DNA of 56,971 nt, taken from the NCBI GenBank assembly GCA_038207085.1, contig JBBRAE010000019.1:1-56971 (forward strand), read 5' to 3'. The position numbers and the translations under genes were made by a program. Positions 9,834 through 18,869 of the stretch are shown one piece after another. Source of the DNA: Armatimonadota bacterium (lineage in GTDB: Bacteria > Armatimonadota > UBA5829 > DTLH01). How positions within the stretch are numbered: position 1 is the stretch's first letter; each line of letters opens with the position of its first letter. The notes under the pieces were generated by a model. It did no database searches. It was not told the origin of the DNA and worked only from the letters and a program-made list of their open reading frames with translations.

Positions 9834-10641
9834 CTGGAACACCACCCTGCTGCTTGAGGCGCTCGTCGACTCGATATATCATCACGTCGGCGTCCAGGGC
9901 TTCGAAGTGATCGTGGTCGACAACGCTTCTTCAGACTTTGACGAAGCTGGTTTTCGACGCAGATTCCCACAGGTCAAGCTAACTGTGAGTCCAACTAACC
10001 TCGGTTACGCGGAAGGAAACAATGCCGCCATAGCGCAGTCCAGCGGTGAGTATGTTCTGCTGCTGAACCCCGACACCGAACTGAAGGACGACGCCGCTTC
10101 GACTCTTGTCGCGTTTATGCAATCTCACCCCGAGGCAGCCGCGGTCGGATGCAGACTCGTCAGACCGAACGGCAGCGTCGACAGATCGGTCCGAGGCTTC
10201 CCCCATCCCGCAGCAATCGGCTCTGAACTGCTGGGACTGTCCAAGATTTTCCCGAAAAGCCAGACATTGGGCGCTTACAGGATGACTTGGTTCAACTACG
10301 ACACCGAAGCCGAGGTCGATCAACCCATGGGCTCCTGTCTGATGCTCACGCGCAAGGCAATAGACCAGATCGGCCTGTTTGATAAAGAATTCCCAATATT
10401 CTTTAACGAAGTTGACTGGTGTTACAGAGTGAAGCTGGCGGGCTGGAAGATATTTTTCACCCCATCTGCCGAAGTGATACACCACGGGGGATCGAGCACA
10501 AAGCAGGTACGCAAGATGATGCGCAGAGAATCGCACCGTTCACTGGCGCGATACTACAAGAAGCACTACAAGGGGACGATGTTCCCACCGGCCTACTGCC
10601 TCATAATCGCAGCGATCAGGGCAAGTGAGATGATGGGTTAG
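9808..10641 (+). CDS. Glycosyltransferase family 2 (WbbL/rhamnosyltransferase-like)
   Basis: SIVIVNWN, VVDNAS, NLGYAEGNN, LLNPD and FFNEVDWCYR. Confidence 0.9.
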   Translation: MLLSIVIVNWNTTLLLEALVDSIYHHVGVQGFEVIVVDNASSDFDEAGFRRRFPQVKLTVSPTNLGYAEGNNAAIAQSSGEYVLLLNPDTELKDDAASTLVAFMQSHPEAAAVGCRLVRPNGSVDRSVRGFPHPAAIGSELLGLSKIFPKSQTLGAYRMTWFNYDTEAEVDQPMGSCLMLTRKAIDQIGLFDKEFPIFFNEVDWCYRVKLAGWKIFFTPSAEVIHHGGSSTKQVRKMMRRESHRSLARYYKKHYKGTMFPPAYCLIIAAIRASEMMG

Positions 10642-10655
10642 AGTGGCGGGGCCGT

Positions 10656-10763
10656 GTGGGAATCGATTTCGCACACGTCGTCGGCTACACCTCAGGGGGT
10701 TTCCCCTACGGCCTTACCTGGGAAGAGTGCGAACAGATCGAGGACGATGACGCTGGCGACTAG
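10656..10763 (+). pseudogene. Short remnant of a conserved hypothetical protein (GYTSGGxPYGxTWEE motif)
   Basis: Manual translation VGIDFAHVVGYTSGGFPYGLTWEECEQIEDDDAGD*. The motif is recalled from C-termini of small bacterial hypothetical proteins, and the 5' part is missing. Confidence 0.35.
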
Positions 10764-10812
10764 ACTTCTGCATCAGTATTATCGGTAACTGGAAACGGCA
10801 CTGCCCGAGGGC

Positions 10813-11006
10813 TCAGGTTCCAGCCTCAGAAAGGCTCATCCCATAATCTCTCATCTGTTCCGTCCAAAGCTCGGGTATTGCGCCGACGAGCCGGTTTAGT
10901 GACAGTCCTCCGGGCTCTTTTCCACTGAGTATGGCATCAATGATGTGCGGGCAAGCAGCGTTAGCCTGCGCATTCGAGCCATTTGATTCAGATTCAGCCG
11001 ATACAT
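10813..11006 (-). pseudogene. Frameshifted remnant resembling the C-terminal domain of phage/ICE-associated serine recombinases or their small neighbouring proteins
   Basis: MYRLNLNQMARMRRLTLL, then a 1-nt shift at CTTGCCCGCAC (about 10945-10955), then PHIIDAILSGKEPGGLSLNRLVGAIPELWTEQ. This matches the RLxxLAPDIxxAILxGxxP...LPxxWxEQ pattern. Confidence 0.55.
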
Positions 11007-11009
11007 CGC

Positions 11010-12071
11010 TTATAGCACAGCGTTGAAAAGCAGACCAACCAGTAATATACCGACCACGACCACACCGGCGAATGTGGCGATCAGCTGGGGCTTTAGCACC
11101 CTGCGAAGGATGATCATCTCAGGGAACGACAGACCGGTCACCGCCATCATGAACGCGAGGACTGTCCCGAGCGCCGCGCCTTTCTCCATTAGAGCCTGCG
11201 CCATTGGCATAATGCCTATGGTGCTCGAGTACATGGGTAATCCGACTGCCACGGCTGCCGGTACGCTCCACCAGACCCTTTTGCCCATATACGACGCAAG
11301 AACTCCCTCCGGAACGTAGGCGTGGATCAGCGCGCCAACCGCGATGCCCGCGAAAATATAGGGCCAGATCCTGCCGAGTGTGCCACGAACAGCCTGCGTC
11401 CCGAAACGGAGCCTGTCCTCGAAGGTTAACGATGTATCAGGCTCGACGGCGTTTGACATCCTTATTACCAGCACCCAGTCTTCTATATATCGTTCCATTC
11501 TAAGTTTGGAGATAGTCCATCCCGCGGTCACTGCTACTAGCAGCCCAGTTCCGACATACATTGCCGCAGTCTTCGGCCCAAACATATTGATGAGCATCGC
11601 AACCGCGACCTCGTTGACCATCGGAGCCGCAATGAGGAACGAGAGAGTCGCCCCAAGGGGAACTCCGGCTTCCACGAAGCCTATGAAGAGCGGAATGGCC
11701 GAGCAGCTGCAGAACGGCGTGAAGACCCCTAAGACCGCAGCAAGGACGCCTCCCGCCAGGTCGCCTTTTCGGGCCAGGACCCTGCGGACCCCCTCCGGGC
11801 TGAAGAACGAGCGAATGACTCCGAAGACGAAGACCACGAGAGTCAGGATCAGCAGCAACTTCGGCGCTTCGTAAAGAAAGAATCCAACGCTGCTACCCAA
11901 ACGAGACTCAGAATCCAGTCGAAATACACCGGACGTAATGAGACCAGATAGCGGCTTCAGCAAGATGAAGAGCGACACCCACACGACGAGCGCAAGGGCA
12001 AGCCCGCCAATCTGCCACAGGCGATTCACACCCGGTCTCAGCACTTTGTCCAGATCTCTGTGTCTCCCCAT
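11010..12071 (-). CDS. DUF318 / ArsP-like permease
   Basis: TPFCSCSAIPLF, FLIAAPMVNE and LAFMMAVTGLSFPE motifs in a multi-TM protein. Confidence 0.85.
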   Translation of the reverse strand: MGRHRDLDKVLRPGVNRLWQIGGLALALVVWVSLFILLKPLSGLITSGVFRLDSESRLGSSVGFFLYEAPKLLLILTLVVFVFGVIRSFFSPEGVRRVLARKGDLAGGVLAAVLGVFTPFCSCSAIPLFIGFVEAGVPLGATLSFLIAAPMVNEVAVAMLINMFGPKTAAMYVGTGLLVAVTAGWTISKLRMERYIEDWVLVIRMSNAVEPDTSLTFEDRLRFGTQAVRGTLGRIWPYIFAGIAVGALIHAYVPEGVLASYMGKRVWWSVPAAVAVGLPMYSSTIGIMPMAQALMEKGAALGTVLAFMMAVTGLSFPEMIILRRVLKPQLIATFAGVVVVGILLVGLLFNAVL

Positions 12072-12113
12072 AGTCTCCGTTGTTCACGCTTATCGGTGTC
12101 TAGTTCTGTTTAA

Positions 12114-13220
12114 CTATTTGCCGAAACAATATACAGCACCATCGGCTGTCCCTATGACCATTCGACTTCGCGAGATGGCTGGCGAAGCCTTGATCTCCGC
12201 GCCGGCTTTGAACTGCCACAGTTTACGTCCGCTCTGGAGATCCAAAGCGTACAGCTGGCCATCATCGGAACCCGCAAAGACTGTCGAGCCCGAAATGACA
12301 GGGGATGAGTCAACTGCCTCTCTAGCAATAAAAGCCCACACGGTCTTACCTGTCACCGGATTGACTTTGAATATTCTGCCGCTCCTGGAAGCGAAGATCA
12401 CCCCGCTCGCATCCACTGCTGCGCTCGCGTAGATGCCTGCCCCATCGGCCTGCTCCTTGTGCTTCCAGAGCACCTTGCCATCTCTGATCCTCACTGCCAG
12501 ATACTCAGCGTTAAGAGCTCCCACAAACACAGTGCCGGATCGGTAGGCGGGGGCTACAGCCATGTTCGTGTCGACGTTCACCCTGGCCACTTCGCGGCCA
12601 GTTTTCAGGTTGATGCACCTCACGTTGCCGTCGCAACCAGCTATCATCACCCGGTCATCGGCCACGCATGGTGAACAGTGCACCTGCGCATCGGTCTTCA
12701 CTTTCCATTTCAGCCTCCCAGTCCCCGAATCAAGGCAATAGAGGTGATAATCATACGAGCCGAACAAGACAAGCCCCGGAGCAGGGGTGGCTGAAGAGAC
12801 GATCTTGTCGTTCGTCTTGAACTTCCAGAGAACCCTGCCGTTCGTCGCATTCAGAGCGTAGAACGTGCCGCTCTCGTCACCTACATAGAGAGCGTTCCCA
12901 ACTACACAAGGAGAGGCTGTAACCGCGTCCTTGGCGGTGAACTTCCATTTCAGTTTACCGTTGGCAAGTCTTAACGCGAGTACCTGACCCTTCGTCGTCC
13001 CCACGTAGACGGTGTCTCCCACAACCGCTGCAGTCGATTCCACTGCTGACTTCGCCTCATAAGTCCAGATGAGCCGGGGCTTCGCCGACATCACAGATTT
13101 TGCGACGCCCTCCATGCGCGGGCCGCCGCGAAAGCTCGCCCAGTCATCGGACGATTGAGCAATCGCGTCAGCGCCGATAGTGAGCAGCAGCAATGACAAT
13201 ACAATTCTGGCAGTTTTCAT
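12114..13220 (-). CDS. PQQ-type (BamB-like) beta-propeller protein with signal peptide
   Basis: Sec signal, DWASFRG, and repeated SSP-x-V...V(Y/F)VG...LYAL...G..xWxF blades. Confidence 0.88.
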   Translation of the reverse strand: MKTARIVLSLLLLTIGADAIAQSSDDWASFRGGPRMEGVAKSVMSAKPRLIWTYEAKSAVESTAAVVGDTVYVGTTKGQVLALRLANGKLKWKFTAKDAVTASPCVVGNALYVGDESGTFYALNATNGRVLWKFKTNDKIVSSATPAPGLVLFGSYDYHLYCLDSGTGRLKWKVKTDAQVHCSPCVADDRVMIAGCDGNVRCINLKTGREVARVNVDTNMAVAPAYRSGTVFVGALNAEYLAVRIRDGKVLWKHKEQADGAGIYASAAVDASGVIFASRSGRIFKVNPVTGKTVWAFIAREAVDSSPVISGSTVFAGSDDGQLYALDLQSGRKLWQFKAGAEIKASPAISRSRMVIGTADGAVYCFGK

Positions 13221-13222
13221 CT

Positions 13223-16200
13223 CTATTCTCCTCGAAGCACCTCTATAAGTGGGCCACCGGCGACTTTACTGGCCGCTCCGATGCACGAAGCGAACCCCAC
13301 AACAAGAACACCGACAAACACGGCCGCGACGGCTCCCCAGTTCATCTGAGAATCAGCTCCTGCCAACTCAGGCGCGACGGCTACCAGAGCAGAAAGCGTT
13401 CCCAATAGCACACCGAAAACCAGGAGCCCAACGTTCTCGATCACAAGCATTTTGAATATGGACTTGCGTGAGAACCCCTGGGCGAGCATCAAGGCAAACT
13501 CGCGCCTCCTCTCAAGTGCGCTCCGAAGCAGCACCGCCACCAAGCCAACTGTGCCGAGCATCACACCGAGCCCGCCTATTGCAAGGAACATGGAGAGGTA
13601 AGCGTTCTGCACGCCGATATATGAGTTCAGGACTTCGGCCGTTGTCTTTACCTCGAGTCCCATCCTGCCCAGGTTCCTTCTCAGCACCAGCGCGACCGAT
13701 TGTTCCCTTCCATTTGGCACTTCGAACAGGAAGTAGCGGGGATCGTCGACTCCCGAGAACACCTGTCTGAAGCGGTCCTCCGACATCAGAAGTTCGCTTG
13801 CGAATATGCTCTGAGACAACAGACCGACGAAGCGCATAGCAACCGGCTTACCATCCGCGCCGAGCGTATTGTAAGTCTTACCGAGCCCAGAGTGCAGGTT
13901 CCAAACGACGCTACTTGAATCACCGAACACAGGAATAGCTCTTCCCGCCCCGGCCTGCAGCAGCGTCCAGGGGTTCGGTGAAGGCTTCATAGTAGTAATG
14001 TCGAACCCGCCGCGCTCCATCATCTGCCTGTTCACCGCAATCACTCGCGGATACTGGGGTTTTGCAAGGTTCAGGCAGCTGATATCGTCCCCCGGACTCA
14101 TCAGAAACGAAACGACACGCACACCTTCGAAGGCCTTCTCATCATCCCGAGAGAACCCGAGGTTTTCACGCCCCTTTGGACTGCCGAGATCGTAGTGGAT
14201 GGGAAGGGCGGATACAGCCCGAAGCGCGAACCCACCGGTACCGGAGTCTCGCCTGCCGTAGTCGGTCCGGGAGTAGTCCCTGGTGTTTGCCGCAACGGCT
14301 ATGGTGATGAACGCTGCGGAAGCCAGAAGCGCGATAACCAGCAGACTGCGGCTGCGATTGGCCGCGGCACTCCGCAAAGCCATGCCTCCCAGAGTCGGGA
14401 GCGACATTCGGATTTGCATCGCTCGAATCAGGAGCATATTCGACCCAACCAGTCCGGCAGCCAACAGCGCCGCTCCGCCGCCAAAGAATCCCATCTGAGG
14501 CGAACTGCCGCTCAAGGACGATGCCATCATGCCCACGGCAGTTAACATGCATGCAGCGAGTGCGAGCTTGTTCCGTCCGTCGGCCTTCTTAGAAATGAGC
14601 ACACCCAGAGCCCGCCAGCCGGACAACAGCCGGAGCGCATTCGTTTTTCTCAGCTGTCGAACAGACCACCACATAGAAATCATGCCTACTAGCAGTCCGA
14701 AAAACGCACCGATGACTAGGCTTTCGGTCGAGATGTGCAGCCACACAGAGGTTGTACCCACAGCGTCAATCCAACGTGTCCTAAGCCCGGCGATTACTCC
14801 CGAAGCGTACAGGACCCCAAGTGGGACACCGGCTACCACACCTAATATGGCGAGTAATGTTCCCTGGCAGAATATCACAAGTGACACAGACGCCTGTCTG
14901 AACCCACAGGCAAGCATAACGCCACTCTCTGCGCCGCGCTGTTCTACTGACAACCGCATCAGCATAGCAGCAAGCCCAGCCCCGGAAACTACGAGGAAGA
15001 AGCTCATCGCCATAAACAACTGGCCGAAGTCCGTCGTTCCCGCAGACGATGCGATGACCTGCCTTCGGATAGGACGGAAGAGCATCCCCTCGTCCTCTGC
15101 TGACAAACTCTGTATAAGCGTATGCCCGAATCTTTTACTTAACACTGTCGTGGTTCGCCCTGATCCCGCAGCCACGCGCACAGATGTGACCCAGCCAGCG
15201 TGGCGGCCGGAGGAGGTGCTCATCCAGATCCCGCGCATAGTGTTCAGGCTAACGAAGGCTTTGGGGGTGGTCTTGTGGAGTTTCCAGTAGGTCTCATCAC
15301 GCTCTGTCACCAGGCTCAGGTCGACTGGGAACGGCGGGTTCCAGTCGTCGATACTCTCGGCCTGAGTGATCCCCTCAAAGGCGGGCACGAGATTGCGATC
15401 GTTTGCCGGGCCAACCATGTCGACGATGCCGCGAAGCGTGAGGTGAAGCTCTGCATCTCTATAGGCGCCATCGGGCCGGGGAACGAGGTAGGCAAGCTCA
15501 ATACGGTCCCCTACCCGCGCCTTCAGGTCTTCAGCTGCCCAGGTGTTGAGCCAAATCCCACCATTGTCGAGCAGGGACGAGCCACCCGGCCTGATCGGAA
15601 ACGGCGCGAGGGGCTGGACAGCCGCTACTACGGAATAAGCGAGGCTTGCGCCTGGATGATCGAGGTTCTGAATCTTCGTAGCAAGATAGACTGAGGTCAA
15701 AGCAGAGCGGGCCCCACATTTGCGTGCCGCGTCCTCCCCGGCGATTACCTGACGGCCGTCGAGCAGCATTCCAATGCTCTCCAAAGAGACGCAGTTCTGT
15801 GGCACGTTCGGCACGACCTTCAGTCCGAAGTCGCCAATCGTGCATAAAGGTTTCAGCGCCGCTTGAAGCTCGGGCACAGTATCTTCACCTGTGTCTCGCA
15901 CGGGCTCAGTGACGAGGACGTTCGCCATCCCGTCTTTCCCAATCTCGGACATCAGCCATTCCCGCGAAACGAAGACGCTGCGAAGCGTGTCCGCGCCTGC
16001 GTCGAGTCTGAAGCCTCCGACGCCGTGGTCGTCGAGAACCCTCACCACGTCGAGCCTGAGAGAACTGAGCGTCTCCTCCGACGACTTATGCGCGAACAGA
16101 GTGCCTGACGGAACCGCGCCCTCTTTGTCGACGTTCACGAGGATGCTGTCACCCACCCCAACCCCAAGTTCACGGGCAAGAGAGGAGTTTACCGCAGTCT

Positions 16201-16603
16201 CACGACCCGTGAGGTGGAACCCCAAGCATCCTGGAAAGAGCGTCCAGAACGAATCGTCTACGCCGTTGACCGCGACCTTTGGCAGCACGGCTTCCGTCGT
16301 GACGCTTTCCGCTGCGCCTCGGAGTATCGTGAGAGGGACGACCTGCTTCACTTTTCCGGCGAGACTGGCAGCATGTTGGAGGTCAGACGCAAGTTCGGCG
16401 TGGAAGAACCGGCGGGCTATCAGGGCATTGTCGATGCGACCCAGCCGAGCGGTCGCTGTGTCTGTAATGCTCCCTTTCACCGAATCCCCCACCACAAGTG
16501 ACCCAACGATCACAGCGGTCGCGACGGCGAGGCCGAATACGACCACAGCCCCAGTGCGCCAATAGTAGCAAAGACTGCGTATAACGAGCCGAAACAGTGT
16601 CAC
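13223..16603 (-). CDS. Large ABC transporter permease with two FtsX/LolCE-like modules
   Basis: Two repeats of periplasmic domain plus TM bundle (EQRGAESGVMLACGF; ERRREFALMLAQGF). GTG at 16603 overlaps the ATPase stop (GTGA) and is preferred to 16627. Confidence 0.85.
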   Translation of the reverse strand: MTLFRLVIRSLCYYWRTGAVVVFGLAVATAVIVGSLVVGDSVKGSITDTATARLGRIDNALIARRFFHAELASDLQHAASLAGKVKQVVPLTILRGAAESVTTEAVLPKVAVNGVDDSFWTLFPGCLGFHLTGRETAVNSSLARELGVGVGDSILVNVDKEGAVPSGTLFAHKSSEETLSSLRLDVVRVLDDHGVGGFRLDAGADTLRSVFVSREWLMSEIGKDGMANVLVTEPVRDTGEDTVPELQAALKPLCTIGDFGLKVVPNVPQNCVSLESIGMLLDGRQVIAGEDAARKCGARSALTSVYLATKIQNLDHPGASLAYSVVAAVQPLAPFPIRPGGSSLLDNGGIWLNTWAAEDLKARVGDRIELAYLVPRPDGAYRDAELHLTLRGIVDMVGPANDRNLVPAFEGITQAESIDDWNPPFPVDLSLVTERDETYWKLHKTTPKAFVSLNTMRGIWMSTSSGRHAGWVTSVRVAAGSGRTTTVLSKRFGHTLIQSLSAEDEGMLFRPIRRQVIASSAGTTDFGQLFMAMSFFLVVSGAGLAAMLMRLSVEQRGAESGVMLACGFRQASVSLVIFCQGTLLAILGVVAGVPLGVLYASGVIAGLRTRWIDAVGTTSVWLHISTESLVIGAFFGLLVGMISMWWSVRQLRKTNALRLLSGWRALGVLISKKADGRNKLALAACMLTAVGMMASSLSGSSPQMGFFGGGAALLAAGLVGSNMLLIRAMQIRMSLPTLGGMALRSAAANRSRSLLVIALLASAAFITIAVAANTRDYSRTDYGRRDSGTGGFALRAVSALPIHYDLGSPKGRENLGFSRDDEKAFEGVRVVSFLMSPGDDISCLNLAKPQYPRVIAVNRQMMERGGFDITTMKPSPNPWTLLQAGAGRAIPVFGDSSSVVWNLHSGLGKTYNTLGADGKPVAMRFVGLLSQSIFASELLMSEDRFRQVFSGVDDPRYFLFEVPNGREQSVALVLRRNLGRMGLEVKTTAEVLNSYIGVQNAYLSMFLAIGGLGVMLGTVGLVAVLLRSALERRREFALMLAQGFSRKSIFKMLVIENVGLLVFGVLLGTLSALVAVAPELAGADSQMNWGAVAAVFVGVLVVGFASCIGAASKVAGGPLIEVLRGE

Positions 16604-17313
16604 TGTATTCCGTCCGCCTCCGCGCAAGCGTTCAAAGCGACCAGATGGCCATCGAGAAGCTCGAAACCTGTCCCCAGTCTGGTTGCGTGCTCGAGATTAT
16701 GCGTCACGACGATAATTGACACATCCTGCTCCTCGGCAAGGCAAGTAAGAAGCGAGATCATATTCGAGCCAGCTTCCCGGTCGAGATTGCCGGTCGGCTC
16801 GTCGCAGAGCAAAAGCTTCGCGCCGTTTATGAGCGCCCGTGCCACCGCAGTGCGCTGACGCTCACCGCCGGACATCTGCGCTGGGAAGGCTTCCGACCGG
16901 TGAAGAACACCCATCTCCTCAAGAAGATCTCGTGCCCGCTCGTTTGCCCCGGCCGTTCGCCCTGCGGGAATCGTGGGAAGCAAAACGTTCTCAATGGCGG
17001 TCAGTTGAGGGAGCAAATAATGCTCTTGGAAGACAAAACCAACATCATTTGCCCGAAAGTCGGCCAGACGATTTCCTTCTAGTGCGGTCACTTCGACGCC
17101 GTTTAGCACGACGCTGCCTGAAGTCGGCTTGTCGAGGGAACCGATGATATGTAGGAGCGTGCTCTTCCCTGAACCGGATGGGCCAACAACGGCCAACGTA
17201 CTCCCAGGCTCGACAGTCAGTGAGGCGCCTCTCAGTATAGCCGTCGATCCCTGCGGCCCATCGTATGCCTTCGTGATCTCCGACAGTACCAATCTCCCAG
17301 GTGTTAAAGTCAT
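16600..17313 (-). CDS. ABC transporter ATP-binding protein (LolD/MacB-like)
   Basis: GPSGSGKS Walker A, GFVFQ, MSGGERQR, LLCDEPTGNLD and VTHN. ATG at 17313 overlaps the upstream stop (ATGA). Confidence 0.92.
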   Translation of the reverse strand: MTLTPGRLVLSEITKAYDGPQGSTAILRGASLTVEPGSTLAVVGPSGSGKSTLLHIIGSLDKPTSGSVVLNGVEVTALEGNRLADFRANDVGFVFQEHYLLPQLTAIENVLLPTIPAGRTAGANERARDLLEEMGVLHRSEAFPAQMSGGERQRTAVARALINGAKLLLCDEPTGNLDREAGSNMISLLTCLAEEQDVSIIVVTHNLEHATRLGTGFELLDGHLVALNACAEADGIQ

Positions 17314-18866
17314 AATAGACCTTTCTTTGTGATCACAAGCGCTCCCGTCGGGCAAGCCTCAGCACACTTTCCCGCCACCCTGCACAGTGCTTTGGAAAAC
17401 GGTTCACCGAACGGCACGCCCGGACGCACATTGAACCCGCGACCTATGAACGTAAGCCCAAGTGGCTCACCTGCCTGCTCAGCAAGGCGCACACAGAGTC
17501 CGCAAGATATGCACTTCCCAAGCTCGTAGACGACGAACGGGTGGTCTGTTGTGCGCGTCATCTGCCGACGCTTGCCCCTGAACTTCAACGGGTTCGCCTT
17601 GTATTCCATGCCATAGTCTCGTAGCTTGCAGCCATCCAGCTTCCCGCATTCGCAGTGCAAGCACCGGGCCGACTCTCTCTTCGCTTCGTCCTCACGGAAA
17701 CCCGACTCGGAAGCTTCGACTCGGGCTGATTCGCTCACTCCATCCATTAATATCGAGATTTCATCTTCGACCAGCCGTCCCATGTGGACAGAGTAGTGGT
17801 CGTTGGTAGCCTCTACGAGTTTCCCTACGAGGTATTGAGAAATCGCCAACGCTGCCGATCTGCCATCAGCCACTGCCCGAACTGCGAGCTTCGTGGGTGT
17901 GATAGCCGAGCCCGCCGCGAAAACGCCGAGAACGCTTGTCATCGTAGTAGTTCTATCGACACTTAGGCCGTGGGCAGTCATTTGCAGTTCCCATCGGGCC
18001 GCAAAGTCCGCTTCCACGCGTCCGACAGCCAAGAGCACGGCGTCGAACTCTCCGCCAATATCGTCGGGAGACTCAATTGCGGCACTTTGACGGAAGTCTG
18101 CGCCCAGCTGACGGATTATCGATACCTCTGCATCCAACACTTCGTGCGGCAGTCGTTCTGACGGTGGACCATAGCGCAGCATCCCACCGGGCTTGGGCTG
18201 ACTGTCGAAGACTACGCATTGGTGCCCTTCCTGCAGCAGATAATACGCCGCCGCAAGCCCCGCCGGACCAGCGCCGACAATCGCGACCTTCTTCCCGGTC
18301 TGAAGTCTCCTCTCCGGCACATAAGGCTGCAGAGAGGCAAGGTCCGAATCCGCGACAAAACGCTTCAACTGGCAAATCGAGACCGCGGCATCTTGGGTAG
18401 CGCGGCGGCAGCCCTTTTCGCATAACTCAGGGCAGACCCTACCAAGCGCCGCAGGAAGGGCGATGTGCCGTTTCACGGTGATGAGCGCATCTCGGAAGCG
18501 CCCTTCGGAGATATGACGGACCATCGTCGGAATATCCATGTGAGCCGGACAGACACTCCGGCATGGCCCGACGCAGTCGCCGACGTGATCGCCCAATAGC
18601 AGTTCCAGCGCGGTCCGGCGGGCGTCCGTCACCTCTTCAGAACTACTTTCGACGACCATTCCCTCTTCCGCACGCGTCGCGCAGGCGGGAACGAGCCTGG
18701 AACTGCCATTCACCTTCACAACGCAGAGCATGCACGACGTTTCGGCGCTGTGACCCTCCAGAAAGCACATCGTGGGGATATCCACACCGACCATTTTAGC
18801 CGCGTCGAGGATGGTTATCCCAGCCGGTACCTCAATTGTTCTAGCGTCTATTGTGAGCTTCGGCAT
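17310..18866 (-). CDS. Fe-S flavoprotein: NuoG/HydA-like [2Fe-2S] domain + GltD/NfnL-like Fe-S/FAD domain + C-terminal 2x[4Fe-4S]
   Basis: IPTMC..SCMLCVV..PAC; PCRSVCP..GRVCPELCEKGC; KKVAIVGAGPAG; CLHCEC; KCISCGLCVRL..GRGF..CAEACPTGAL. Confidence 0.82.
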   Translation of the reverse strand: MPKLTIDARTIEVPAGITILDAAKMVGVDIPTMCFLEGHSAETSCMLCVVKVNGSSRLVPACATRAEEGMVVESSSEEVTDARRTALELLLGDHVGDCVGPCRSVCPAHMDIPTMVRHISEGRFRDALITVKRHIALPAALGRVCPELCEKGCRRATQDAAVSICQLKRFVADSDLASLQPYVPERRLQTGKKVAIVGAGPAGLAAAYYLLQEGHQCVVFDSQPKPGGMLRYGPPSERLPHEVLDAEVSIIRQLGADFRQSAAIESPDDIGGEFDAVLLAVGRVEADFAARWELQMTAHGLSVDRTTTMTSVLGVFAAGSAITPTKLAVRAVADGRSAALAISQYLVGKLVEATNDHYSVHMGRLVEDEISILMDGVSESARVEASESGFREDEAKRESARCLHCECGKLDGCKLRDYGMEYKANPLKFRGKRRQMTRTTDHPFVVYELGKCISCGLCVRLAEQAGEPLGLTFIGRGFNVRPGVPFGEPFSKALCRVAGKCAEACPTGALVITKKGLL

Positions 18867-18869
18867 GAT

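Noticed and set aside
12114..13220. bamB or PQQ-dependent dehydrogenase call for the propeller proteins
   Set aside because: No lipobox is evident in this protein and the context is not the usual bamB one. Dehydrogenase active-site residues could not be identified by eye.
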